Positions 18,534-27,175 of a stretch of 64,000 nt of DNA are shown piece by piece. The notes under the pieces are model-generated. The model did not search any database. It had not been told where the DNA came from and was given only the letters and a program-made list of their open reading frames with translations. This DNA comes from an uncultured Rubrobacteraceae bacterium (GTDB lineage Bacteria; Actinomycetota; Rubrobacteria; Rubrobacterales; Rubrobacteraceae). The position numbers and the translations under genes are program-made. How positions within the stretch are numbered: the stretch's first letter is position 1; each line of letters opens with the position of its first letter. Where the stretch lies: assembly GCA_902806085.1 (NCBI GenBank), contig CADCVH010000031.1, forward strand, positions 15,950 to 79,949. The letters are read 5' to 3'.

Positions 18534-20144
18534 GTGCGCCGCGTCGGCGACAGGTTCATCCTGGTGCGGGAGCTCGGGTACGGCGGAATGTCCGCCGTCT
18601 TTTTGGGCCGGGACGAGGTGCTCGACCGCCCGGTGGCGGTGAAGGTCCTGCACCCCGACCTCGACGACGAGGCGACGGGCGCCCTTTTTCGCCGCGAGGG
18701 CCGCACGGCCGCCAGGCTTTCGCACCCGAACATCGTGCAGGTCTACGACGCGGGGGAGGCTCCCCTGGACGGTCGGGAGGTCTCCTACATCGTCATGGAG
18801 TACGCGTCCGGCGGGGATTTGCAGGCGCTCATGGACCGGCGCGGCGCCTTGCCCGAGGGGATGCTCTCGCGGGTGGGCGTAGACGTCGCCGCGGCCCTCT
18901 CCCACGCCCACGAGCGCGGCGTGGTCCACCGCGACGTCAAGCCCCGCAACGTGCTCCTGGACGAGCGCGGCAACCCGAAGCTGTCGGACTTCGGGATCGC
19001 CCGCGCCCTGGACACCACCCAGGAGTCGCGCGCCGGCTCCTACCTCGGAACGGCGGCGTACTCGTCCCCGGAGCAGCTCCGGGGCGAGAAGGTCACCGCC
19101 AAGAGCGACGTATACTCCTTGGGCGCCACCCTCTACCACGCCGCGACGGGGGGACCGCCCTTCGCCGGCGCCCCGATCGAGGTGGCGAACCAGCACCTCC
19201 TCAAGGAGCCCATCCCCCCGCGCGAGCGCGGCGCCCGCATCGGCGAGGACTTCGAGGCCCTCATCCTCGACTGCCTCGCCAAAGACCCCGACGGACGCCC
19301 GGACGCCGCCCGCGTCAACGACGAACTCTGCCAGAGGGACACCGGCTCCGTGGCCCGGCGGCCCGGCGGGACTAGGAAGGTGGCCCGGACTGCGGGCTTC
19401 TCCCGCGCCGGCGGTGCCACCAGTGCGGCAGGTCCCTCGGGCGTGGGGGCCGTCCGCCAGAGGCTTGGGAGCAAAGGATCCCGCGGTGTCCCCGGCCCGC
19501 CGGACGAGACCGTAAGCCTCCCCACGCGCACCTTCCGGGCCGGCTCGCGCCAGAGGAGGACGGTGGCGGTCCTGGCTGTAGCGGTCCTGCTCCTGCTCCT
19601 CGCCGGCGCCGGGGCGTGGGCGATGCTGGGGTCCACCGACGACACGACGGGGTCCCAGGACCCCAACCCCGGCGAACGGAAGCAGGCCGCGGCCCTCGAG
19701 CAAGGGCCGGAGAAGGAACCGGCCGGCCGGGGCGGGCAAGGCTCTCCCGATGAAGCGTCGGGCGACACCGCCGCCGGCGGGGCCGAAGACCCAGGCCCCG
19801 CGCCGCCCCTGCAAGAGGCCGAGCAGGCCGTTTTCGATATGTACGTGGACCAGTCGTACGGGCGGGTCGACGCCACGTGGAACGCACTCTCCGGGCGCCT
19901 GCAGGACGAGGTGGGTTCGCCCGAGGCGTGGGCGCAGCAGGAGGACCTCTACACGTTCACCTACATGGATTACATCGCGCCGCCCGAGGCCACGGCGGCC
20001 GGAGACAGAGCGCGGGTTGCCTTCGAGGCCAGGCTGGACCACACCTGGGGTTCTGAGGTTCTTTCCGGGACCTGGGCGTGCGTGGTCGAGGACGGGGAGT
20101 GGAAGCTGGACCGCCTCGAAGACCAGAGGACCACGCCCGCCTAG
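18534..20144 (+). CDS. Hanks-type Ser/Thr protein kinase 1 (TM helix plus extracellular NTF2-like domain)
   Basis: GYGGMS, VAVK, HRDVKPRN, DFG, SPEQ; TM VAVLAVAVLLLLLAGAGAWA. Start GTG 18534 by alignment with kinase 2. Confidence 0.92.
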   Translation: MRRVGDRFILVRELGYGGMSAVFLGRDEVLDRPVAVKVLHPDLDDEATGALFRREGRTAARLSHPNIVQVYDAGEAPLDGREVSYIVMEYASGGDLQALMDRRGALPEGMLSRVGVDVAAALSHAHERGVVHRDVKPRNVLLDERGNPKLSDFGIARALDTTQESRAGSYLGTAAYSSPEQLRGEKVTAKSDVYSLGATLYHAATGGPPFAGAPIEVANQHLLKEPIPPRERGARIGEDFEALILDCLAKDPDGRPDAARVNDELCQRDTGSVARRPGGTRKVARTAGFSRAGGATSAAGPSGVGAVRQRLGSKGSRGVPGPPDETVSLPTRTFRAGSRQRRTVAVLAVAVLLLLLAGAGAWAMLGSTDDTTGSQDPNPGERKQAAALEQGPEKEPAGRGGQGSPDEASGDTAAGGAEDPGPAPPLQEAEQAVFDMYVDQSYGRVDATWNALSGRLQDEVGSPEAWAQQEDLYTFTYMDYIAPPEATAAGDRARVAFEARLDHTWGSEVLSGTWACVVEDGEWKLDRLEDQRTTPA

Positions 20145-20201
20145 CCGCGTTCCGGGCGGCGCCGTTCAACACCGGCACCGCCTTACCTTATAATCACGCG
20201 C

Positions 20202-21779
20202 GTGAGAAGGCTTGCGGACAGGTTCGTTCTGGAGCGCGAGGTCGGCTCCGGCGGCATGGCGCGCGTCTTTTTAGGCCGCGACGAGGTCCTGGACCGGCCC
20301 GTGGCCGTGAAGGTCCTAAAGCCCATGCACGGGGACACGGACATCGGGGTGCGCTTCCGGCGCGAGGGGCGCACGGCGGCCAGGCTCTCGCACCCGAACA
20401 TCGTGCAGGTCTACGACGCGGGGGAGGGGGACCTCGACGGCGACGAGGTCTCCTACATCGTCATGGAGTACCTCCCCGGCGGGGACCTCAAGGAGCTTAT
20501 AGACGCGCGGGGGAGGCTGCCCGAGGGGGATCTCGCCCGGATCGGCGAGGAGGTCTGCGCGGGGCTCGCCCACGCCCACGGGCGGGGCGTCGTCCACCGC
20601 GACATAAAGCCGCACAACATCCTGCTGGACGAGAAGGGCCGGGCGAAGGTCTCTGATTTCGGGATCGCCCGCGCCCTGGACACCACCCAGGCCACCCGCA
20701 CGGGCGCGTACCTCGGGACCGCGCTCTACTCCTCGCCCGAGCAGCTTCAGGGGCACAAGGTGACGCCCAAGAGCGACGTGTACTCCCTCGGGGCGACGCT
20801 CTACCAGGCGGCGAGGGGCGAACCGCCCTTCACCGGCATGCCCCTGGAGGTCGCAAGCCAGCACGTCTCCAAGCCGCCGCCCCCGTTGTACGTCACCGAC
20901 CTTGGGGAGGAGATGCAGGCCCTGATCCTGTCCTGCCTCGCCAAGAACGCCGAAGACCGTCCGAGCGCGGAACAGGCCCTCGAACGCTTCGCCTCCGTCG
21001 TCCCGACGGCGTCGCCCGTCCCCCCCGCGGCCGAACCCCGGGGACCGCAACGCAAGCGCCCTCGTTCGGCCCGACCTGGGGCATCTTCCGGAAGAGGGAG
21101 TGGACGCCGGTCGGGCCGCATAGGCGGCGCTCTGGCAGCCCTGGCGATCCTGGCCGTGCTCGGCGTCGTCGGGGCCTTCGCCCTGTCGACCCTCCCCGGC
21201 GGCAACACCGACACGGGCCAGAACAACGCCCGTCAGAACGAGCAGGCCAACGCCGGCGGGGCAAACGTCCGCAACGGCGGAGACGAGAACCAGGCATCTC
21301 AGCGCGAGGACAACGCCGCAGAGAATGCCCCGGAGCCGACCACCCAGAACACACCGGAGCCGACCACACAAAACGCCGAAAACTCGGGAGAGAGGCCCGC
21401 GCCTTCGGGGGACGAGCCTGGGCAGAACGGTCAGCAGGGGCAGGACGAATCCCCAGAGCAGGCCGCGGCGCAGGCGGTGGAAGAGTTCTATACGACCGCC
21501 GCTGAGGGAGATTATCAGAGGTCTTCGCAACTTCTGACCTCCGGCTACCGGGAGACCACCTGGCCTTCGCAAGCGACCTTCGCCCAAACGTTCGATACGT
21601 TGCAGAGCGTTGATTTCACTAGTGGGCCAGCGGCCGAAGTTAGCGGCGATACGGCCACCGTCTCGGCCAGCACCATCGCGTATCATTCGGATCGAACCGA
21701 CAGGCGTACCGGAACGGCCAGCCTCGTCCGGGTGGGCGACGAGTGGAAGATAAGCAACCTGAACTTCCAACCAGCATGA
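20202..21779 (+). CDS. Hanks-type Ser/Thr protein kinase 2 (TM helix plus extracellular domain)
   Basis: GSGGMA, VAVK, HRDIKPHN, DFG, SPEQ; TM helix; 24-bp tandem repeat encoding APEPTTQN/TPEPTTQN; TATAAT 7 nt before the GTG. Confidence 0.92.
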   Translation: MRRLADRFVLEREVGSGGMARVFLGRDEVLDRPVAVKVLKPMHGDTDIGVRFRREGRTAARLSHPNIVQVYDAGEGDLDGDEVSYIVMEYLPGGDLKELIDARGRLPEGDLARIGEEVCAGLAHAHGRGVVHRDIKPHNILLDEKGRAKVSDFGIARALDTTQATRTGAYLGTALYSSPEQLQGHKVTPKSDVYSLGATLYQAARGEPPFTGMPLEVASQHVSKPPPPLYVTDLGEEMQALILSCLAKNAEDRPSAEQALERFASVVPTASPVPPAAEPRGPQRKRPRSARPGASSGRGSGRRSGRIGGALAALAILAVLGVVGAFALSTLPGGNTDTGQNNARQNEQANAGGANVRNGGDENQASQREDNAAENAPEPTTQNTPEPTTQNAENSGERPAPSGDEPGQNGQQGQDESPEQAAAQAVEEFYTTAAEGDYQRSSQLLTSGYRETTWPSQATFAQTFDTLQSVDFTSGPAAEVSGDTATVSASTIAYHSDRTDRRTGTASLVRVGDEWKISNLNFQPA

Positions 21780-21798
21780 ACCACGGAAGGAACAGATC

Positions 21799-22992
21799 CT
21801 GAAGACCGCACTGACAGCATTGGTATCCGCGATCATCGGGGGGCTGGTCACCGCGCTCTTCCTGATCATCGGGCTCTGGAGCAGCCTGGACGAGGGGCTC
21901 GGGGGTGGTGACAAGCCGGAGAATGTAACGATAAAGCAGGCGCCGGCGCCGAGCGAGCCCCCCGAGACGGCGGTCGGCGACGAGGGGCTCTCCGTGGGTG
22001 ACGTTTACAGGCAGGACGCCCCGGGCGTGGTGAGCGTGGACGTCACCTCCTCGGAGTTGGGCCCCGGGGGCGGCTCGGGGTTCGTGCTGGACGAGACGGG
22101 GCACATCGTGACCAACCAGCACGTGGTGGACGGGGCCGAGGAGATCTCGGTGCGGTTCGCCGGCGGGACGAGGGAGACGGCCGAGGTCGTCGGAGAGGAT
22201 CCGTCGACGGACGTGGCCGTGATCCGGGTGGGCGCGTCCAGGGACATGCTCGAGCCGCTGACGCTCGGGGACTCGGACGCGTTGGGCGTCGGGGAGCCGG
22301 TCGTCGCCATCGGCAATCCCCTGAACTTCGGCATAAGCGTGACCACCGGGATAGTGAGCGGGTTGGGGCGTCCCATCACCGCGCCCAACGACTACACCAT
22401 AGACAACGCCGTCCAGACCGACGCGGCCATAAGCTCGGGCAACTCCGGGGGGCCCTTGTTGGACGCGCGGGGGACCGTCATCGGGATCAACTCCCAGGTA
22501 GCCTCCACGGGCTCCGAAGGCGTTGCCCAGGGCGTCGGGTTCGCCGTGCCGATCAACACCGTCAAGGACACCGTCGAGGAGCTCATAACCACGGGCGAGG
22601 TCGTCCACGGCTTTATCGGGGTGAAGATGTTCCAGTACGGGATAGACGAGATCGTCGCCCTCACCGGCCTCTCGCTCGAAGAGCTGAACGGCAGGTACGG
22701 GCTCCCGGCCAACGGCGCCCTCGTGAGCGACGTGACGGGCGGGGGGCCGGCCGACGACGCGGGCATAAGCGGTGGCGGGGATGGAGAAGAGGTCGAGGGT
22801 GTCCCCGGCGTGCCAGTGGAGGGGGACGTGATCACGGCGGTCGAGGGCGAGAAGATCGGCGCCTCAGACGACGTGATCGAGGTCGTCAACGCCAGCGATC
22901 CTGGCGACGACATCTCGCTGACGGTCGTCACCCCGAACGAGGGCGAGCGCGAGGTCGAGCTGACCGTGGCCTCCCGCCCGGAAGACACGTAG
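21799..22992 (+). CDS. htrA: HtrA/DegP-like membrane-anchored serine protease with PDZ domain
   Basis: GSGFV, TNQHVV, DVAV, QTDAAISSGNSGGPL; N-terminal TM; PDZ. Start CTG 21799 or TTG 21820. Confidence 0.9.
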   Translation: MKTALTALVSAIIGGLVTALFLIIGLWSSLDEGLGGGDKPENVTIKQAPAPSEPPETAVGDEGLSVGDVYRQDAPGVVSVDVTSSELGPGGGSGFVLDETGHIVTNQHVVDGAEEISVRFAGGTRETAEVVGEDPSTDVAVIRVGASRDMLEPLTLGDSDALGVGEPVVAIGNPLNFGISVTTGIVSGLGRPITAPNDYTIDNAVQTDAAISSGNSGGPLLDARGTVIGINSQVASTGSEGVAQGVGFAVPINTVKDTVEELITTGEVVHGFIGVKMFQYGIDEIVALTGLSLEELNGRYGLPANGALVSDVTGGGPADDAGISGGGDGEEVEGVPGVPVEGDVITAVEGEKIGASDDVIEVVNASDPGDDISLTVVTPNEGEREVELTVASRPEDT

Positions 22993-23002
22993 GCCCTCTG
23001 TA

Positions 23003-23698
23003 ATGGCCACCGACGGGCTGAAGCGCGACGCAGCGAGCGCGGCCGTGGACCGTTTCGTCGAGGACGGGGCCACGCTCGGCCTCGGCTCCGGCACCACCTC
23101 CGCCTTCGTGGTCGGCAGGATCGGCGAGAAGCTCGCCGCCGGGGAGCTCCGGAACGTGCGCGGCGTCCCGACCTCCGAGAGCACGGCCGCCCTCGCCCGG
23201 GAGGCCGGCATCACGCTCGTCGGCCTCGCGGAGGCCCGCCCCACCCTCACGCTCGACGGGGCCGACGAGATCGGGCCCCGCCTCGCCAACATCAAGGGCC
23301 TCGGCGGCGCCCTCCTGCGCGAAAAGATAGTCGCCGCCGCCTCGCGCGACGGCCTCGTCCTCGTGGCCGACGGCTCGAAGGCGGTCGACACTTTGGGTGC
23401 CCGCGGCCCGCTCCCCGTCGAGGTCGAACCCTTCGGCTGGGAGACGACCTTCGAGGCCCTCTCCTCGTTGGGCTGCACGCCGAGGCTCAGGATGGACGCC
23501 ACCGACCCCGGGCGTCCCTTCGTCACCGACGGCGGCCACTACACGGCCGATTGCGCCTTCGGCCCGATAGAGGACCCGCCCGGCCTCGAAGCCGCCATCA
23601 AGGCCATACCCGGCGCCCTCGAGTGCGGCCTCTTCGTAGGGCTGGCGCGGGCGGCCGTGATCGCCGATAGGGACGGTGTCCGGGTGGTCGAAGGGTAG
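23003..23698 (+). CDS. rpiA: Ribose-5-phosphate isomerase A
   Basis: GLGSGTT, DGADEI, KGLGGALLREK, VTDGG.Y..D. Confidence 0.95.
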   Translation: MATDGLKRDAASAAVDRFVEDGATLGLGSGTTSAFVVGRIGEKLAAGELRNVRGVPTSESTAALAREAGITLVGLAEARPTLTLDGADEIGPRLANIKGLGGALLREKIVAAASRDGLVLVADGSKAVDTLGARGPLPVEVEPFGWETTFEALSSLGCTPRLRMDATDPGRPFVTDGGHYTADCAFGPIEDPPGLEAAIKAIPGALECGLFVGLARAAVIADRDGVRVVEG

Positions 23699-23732
23699 GT
23701 TCGAGGCCCCAGGTTCGAGGCCCCAGGTTTCG
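23697..23732 (+). repeat. Solo arm of AGG-heptamer tandem array
   Basis: aggttcg aggcccc aggttcg aggcccc aggtttcg, starting inside the rpiA stop codon. Confidence 0.65.
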
Positions 23733-23782
23733 GACTTCAGCCGTCGCGGCGGGGGGCCCGGGGGGCCGATTCGACGGCGCGG

Positions 23783-24238
23783 TTAGGGGCGACGGAACGG
23801 CCTGATCCAGGCCGGAAAGAACGTGCACGCGAACGCGAGGGCGAGCATCCCGGCGAGCGTCTTGCGGTCGCGGCGGCGAGAGAAGAGGCTCCAGGAGAGC
23901 ACGATCCAGAAGAGCATGTTCCCGGAGGCAACGGCGTAGACCCAGCTTGAGAACTTGTGCTGGTCGCCGAAGAAGCCCATCTCTTCGATGGGCGGGAAGC
24001 TCGTCTCCTCGTCCATGCCCGATCTGAGCGCCACAACCGGCGCCACGTTCGCGGATATGATGCCCACGGCCCAGGCCGGCAACGTTAGCGGCCCCTCCGA
24101 GCGCCCCTTGAGAAGGTACGTCAGGCAGATGGTCAACAGGATGTTCGACGTCGCGCCTACGTAGACGGGAACCGGAAAGCGCCCCATGTCACGCAGGTCG
24201 TCCATCTCGTTCAGGCGCTTCGGTCTTGGGCTTCCCAT
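23783..24238 (-). CDS. Hypothetical membrane protein
   Basis: 151 aa with about 4 hydrophobic segments; fills the gap between genes; no motif recognised. Confidence 0.65.
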   Translation of the reverse strand: MGSPRPKRLNEMDDLRDMGRFPVPVYVGATSNILLTICLTYLLKGRSEGPLTLPAWAVGIISANVAPVVALRSGMDEETSFPPIEEMGFFGDQHKFSSWVYAVASGNMLFWIVLSWSLFSRRRDRKTLAGMLALAFACTFFPAWIRPFRRP

Positions 24239-24260
24239 AAACGGGATTATACGCCGGGCA

Positions 24261-24783
24261 TCAGCGGCCCGCGAGCAGGTCCCGCGTGGTGACGATCCGC
24301 GCGAACTCTTCGTGCAGGTGGACGAGGGCCATCTCGTGTACGTCTTCGGCGAGGTGCGTCTTGCCGTCGGGGCCCGTGCGGTCGAAGGTCGCGGTGGCGT
24401 CGGAGACGAGGCGGGTGGCGAAACCGAGGTTGGCGGCCATGCGGGCCGTCGTCGAGACGCAGTGTTCGGTGGTCAGCCCCGCCACGACGAGGGCGCCCAC
24501 GCCTCGCCCCCTGAGCCGGGCTTCGAGGTCCGTGCCGATAAAGGCGCTGTTGACGTTCTTCTCCACCACCGGATCATCGGGAAGCGGAAGCGCGGCCTCC
24601 GCGCAGGGGAGAGCCGGGGTCGGTAGAGAGGTGACGGACGTGGAAGACGGGGAGGCCGGAGCCGCGCCAGGCGGCGAGCAGGGCGCCGACGCTCTCCTCC
24701 GCCAGCGGGTTGTTGCGACGGCCCCAGCGCGGGTCGTCGAAGCCCCTCTGTACGCCCACGACGAGCAAGGCCGCGTCTTCCAA
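24261..24783 (-). pseudogene. Isochorismatase/cysteine hydrolase family pseudogene
   Basis: N-terminal half ([10 protein letters not shown]...[14 protein letters not shown]) and C-terminal half ([11 protein letters not shown]...[13 protein letters not shown]) are in different frames, with the break near 24600. Confidence 0.8.
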
Positions 24784-24796
24784 GCCGGTCCCCGGG

Positions 24797-25078
24797 CTAC
24801 CCTGCGGCGCCGAAGCCCGCGCCGAAGCCCGCGCGGGAGCCCGAGCGGCCCTTGCCGGCGCGGTCCTTCTCCACGACGAGCTTGTAGACGTGGCCGTACT
24901 CGACAAAGACCGTCGCCTTGCCGTCTTGCATCTTGACGCGCAGGTGGTCGTCGTTCGCCTGTATCTCCTTGACGTCGTCGGCCTCGACCGTGAAGGTGTC
25001 GCGGCGGTCCCAGATCACCAGGTTCGCGCCCTCTCTTTCGGCCTCTTGTATGGCTTCCTGGATCAGCTCTTTTCTCAT
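24797..25078 (-). CDS. Small hypothetical protein (93 aa)
   Basis: ATG with SD (gaggag); genome-typical codons; beta-rich core and Gly-rich tail. Confidence 0.7.
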   Translation of the reverse strand: MRKELIQEAIQEAEREGANLVIWDRRDTFTVEADDVKEIQANDDHLRVKMQDGKATVFVEYGHVYKLVVEKDRAGKGRSGSRAGFGAGFGAAG

Positions 25079-25217
25079 CCGTGTCGCTCCTCGCTATAAG
25101 ATTTGCGTCGCCTCTGAATGCCCGTCCCATTCTACTTGAGAAAACGGAACCGGTAGGAGAGGGCCGCCCCGTCGTCTACAATGCCCACCGGACGCAAGGA
25201 CCGACGGACGGAGGATT

Positions 25218-25751
25218 TTGAAGGGCTTCGCGCGCAGCGTCAGGGACCTGGACCGGGCCGCGTTCCGGGCGATCTTCGGCCTCAAGTGGCCGCCGCTGAC
25301 GGCCGTGCTGCGCTTCTTCACCCTCATCGGTACCGCCGGCTTTCTCTGGGGCACCTTCGCCGCCGCGGCCTTCCTCGTAACGGGCTTCAGGCCCGCGAAC
25401 CTCCTCGTCCCCTGGGCGGCCGTCGCCGGCTCCTGGACGCTCGCGGAGGGCGCGAAGTACCTCTTCGACCGCGCCCGCCCCTTTATCTGGGACACCGAGA
25501 TAGCCCCCCTCATAAAGACGCCTTCCTCGAGCTCCTTCCCCTCGGGCCACTCCGCCACGGCCGCCGCGGGCGCCCTGACGCTCTCCGTCGCCTACCCCGT
25601 CTTCGCCCCGGTTCTCCTGCTGGCCGGCTTTCTCGTCGTGTTCTCCCGGGTCTACCTCGGGGTTCACTTCCCCGTGGACGTGCTTGCCGGCGTCGCCATC
25701 GGCATCGCGACCGCCGCCCTCGTGATCGCCGCCGCCGGCGCGTTGGCGTGA
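25218..25751 (+). CDS. PAP2 family phosphatase
   Basis: K....RARP, SFPSGH, SRVYLGVHFPVD. Confidence 0.92.
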   Translation: MKGFARSVRDLDRAAFRAIFGLKWPPLTAVLRFFTLIGTAGFLWGTFAAAAFLVTGFRPANLLVPWAAVAGSWTLAEGAKYLFDRARPFIWDTEIAPLIKTPSSSSFPSGHSATAAAGALTLSVAYPVFAPVLLLAGFLVVFSRVYLGVHFPVDVLAGVAIGIATAALVIAAAGALA

Positions 25752-25795
25752 ACCGGCTTACCGGCATCCCTGGAGGAACACGGTAGAAACCCGTC

Positions 25796-26338
25796 ATGGC
25801 CGTGCCGCGCTATTACACCGTTGGGGCCGTCGCCCCGGACCTGCGCCGACTCAAGGCCCTGGACGAGAGGCTCGAAGACTCGGGCATCTCCGGCGAATCA
25901 CACCTGGTGCTCACCCGCCGCCGCGACGAGCCGCTCGTCGGCGTAACCCTCCCGGGAGCGCGCGTGGAGACCGTCGAGTCCGGCCTCTCCCGCACGCAGC
26001 GGTTCGAGCTCTTCAGCACCTACCTCGGCGTGACGGCCGTGAGCGTGCTTATGGGGGCGGTCCACCTCCCCACCGGGCTCGTGGTGCAGGCCGTGATGAC
26101 CCTCGCCGTCGTGGTCGGCCTCGTCATCTACCACCGCCGCCCGCAACTAGAGAAAAAGGTCCTCCGCCTGGGCCTCCCGGAAAAGCTCGCCGAAGAGTGG
26201 CAGGGCGCCTTCGCCGGCGGCTTCGCCCTCTCCCTCGTGACCGTCCCCGCCGACCTCTTCGAAGAGGCGCAAGGGGCCTTCCTCCAAGACCCAGGCCTCA
26301 TGGCGCCGCAGGCCATAGACCGCAGGCCGGTGGTCTAG
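25796..26338 (+). CDS. Hypothetical membrane protein
   Basis: 180 aa, two central TM helices, genome-typical codon use. Confidence 0.65.
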   Translation: MAVPRYYTVGAVAPDLRRLKALDERLEDSGISGESHLVLTRRRDEPLVGVTLPGARVETVESGLSRTQRFELFSTYLGVTAVSVLMGAVHLPTGLVVQAVMTLAVVVGLVIYHRRPQLEKKVLRLGLPEKLAEEWQGAFAGGFALSLVTVPADLFEEAQGAFLQDPGLMAPQAIDRRPVV

Positions 26339-26382
26339 AGCACGCCGCGCCCCGCGTGCCGCCAAGCTGCTAAGCTTGGTCC

Positions 26383-27087
26383 GTGATCGTTCGCGAGTTG
26401 GCCGATTCTTTTGTTCTTGTCGAGCAACACGAGCACGCGCTCGTCTCGGGGGAGTTTGCCCGGCGATGGGCGGAGGGGCCGTCTCCTCGGGGTTCGACGC
26501 TGTACGCCGTGGAGAACCACGACGTTGCCTGGCGCGGGCCGGACCGGGAGGTGCTCTGGAACGAGGAGGCGGGGCGTCCATATTCTTTTCTGGATTATCC
26601 GCTGGGGCCGAAGTTGTCCGCGCAGTGGCGCGGGATCGACCTGGTGGAGGCCCACGATGCCTACGCGGCCTGCCTCTGCAGCATGCACTACGCCCGGTTC
26701 TTGTCCGGGTCGGAGGACCCCGTCGGGGTGGAGTTCCGCAAGGGGGAGGAGGCGCGGCAGGGTCGTCTTCGGGAGGGGATGACCGAAGAGGAGCTGGAGA
26801 ACCTGGAGCGCAACTTCCGGTTTTTGCGGCTCTGCGACGGGTTGTCGCTGTTCCTGTTTCTCTCCGAGCCGGGGCGGGCGGGCTACCCGCCGCCCACGCC
26901 CGACGGGTTCGAGCTCGACGGGACGAGGTACGAGCTCTCCTGGCGCAGCAGGGACCTGGTCAGCCTGGACCCCTTCCCGCTCACCGAACCGTTCGACGTC
27001 TCCGTGCCTTACCGGAGGGTCGGCAAGGACCGCCGGCCGGCCGGAGCCGGCGCCCTGGAGTTCCGGGTGTCTGGCGGGGGCCGTTGA
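26383..27087 (+). CDS. DUF3891-like protein
   Basis: MIVRE....LV.QHEHA..SG.FA..W, HD.AW, P.SF, S.HY; TAAGCT 6 nt before the GTG. Confidence 0.75.
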   Translation: MIVRELADSFVLVEQHEHALVSGEFARRWAEGPSPRGSTLYAVENHDVAWRGPDREVLWNEEAGRPYSFLDYPLGPKLSAQWRGIDLVEAHDAYAACLCSMHYARFLSGSEDPVGVEFRKGEEARQGRLREGMTEEELENLERNFRFLRLCDGLSLFLFLSEPGRAGYPPPTPDGFELDGTRYELSWRSRDLVSLDPFPLTEPFDVSVPYRRVGKDRRPAGAGALEFRVSGGGR

Positions 27088-27175
27088 TAGGGCATTCGCC
27101 CGTGTGCCGGCCGCCCCGCGGCTGATAGAGTATCCGGCAGCAACGAGCACCCAGATATCTTCTAGAGAGGAACGC

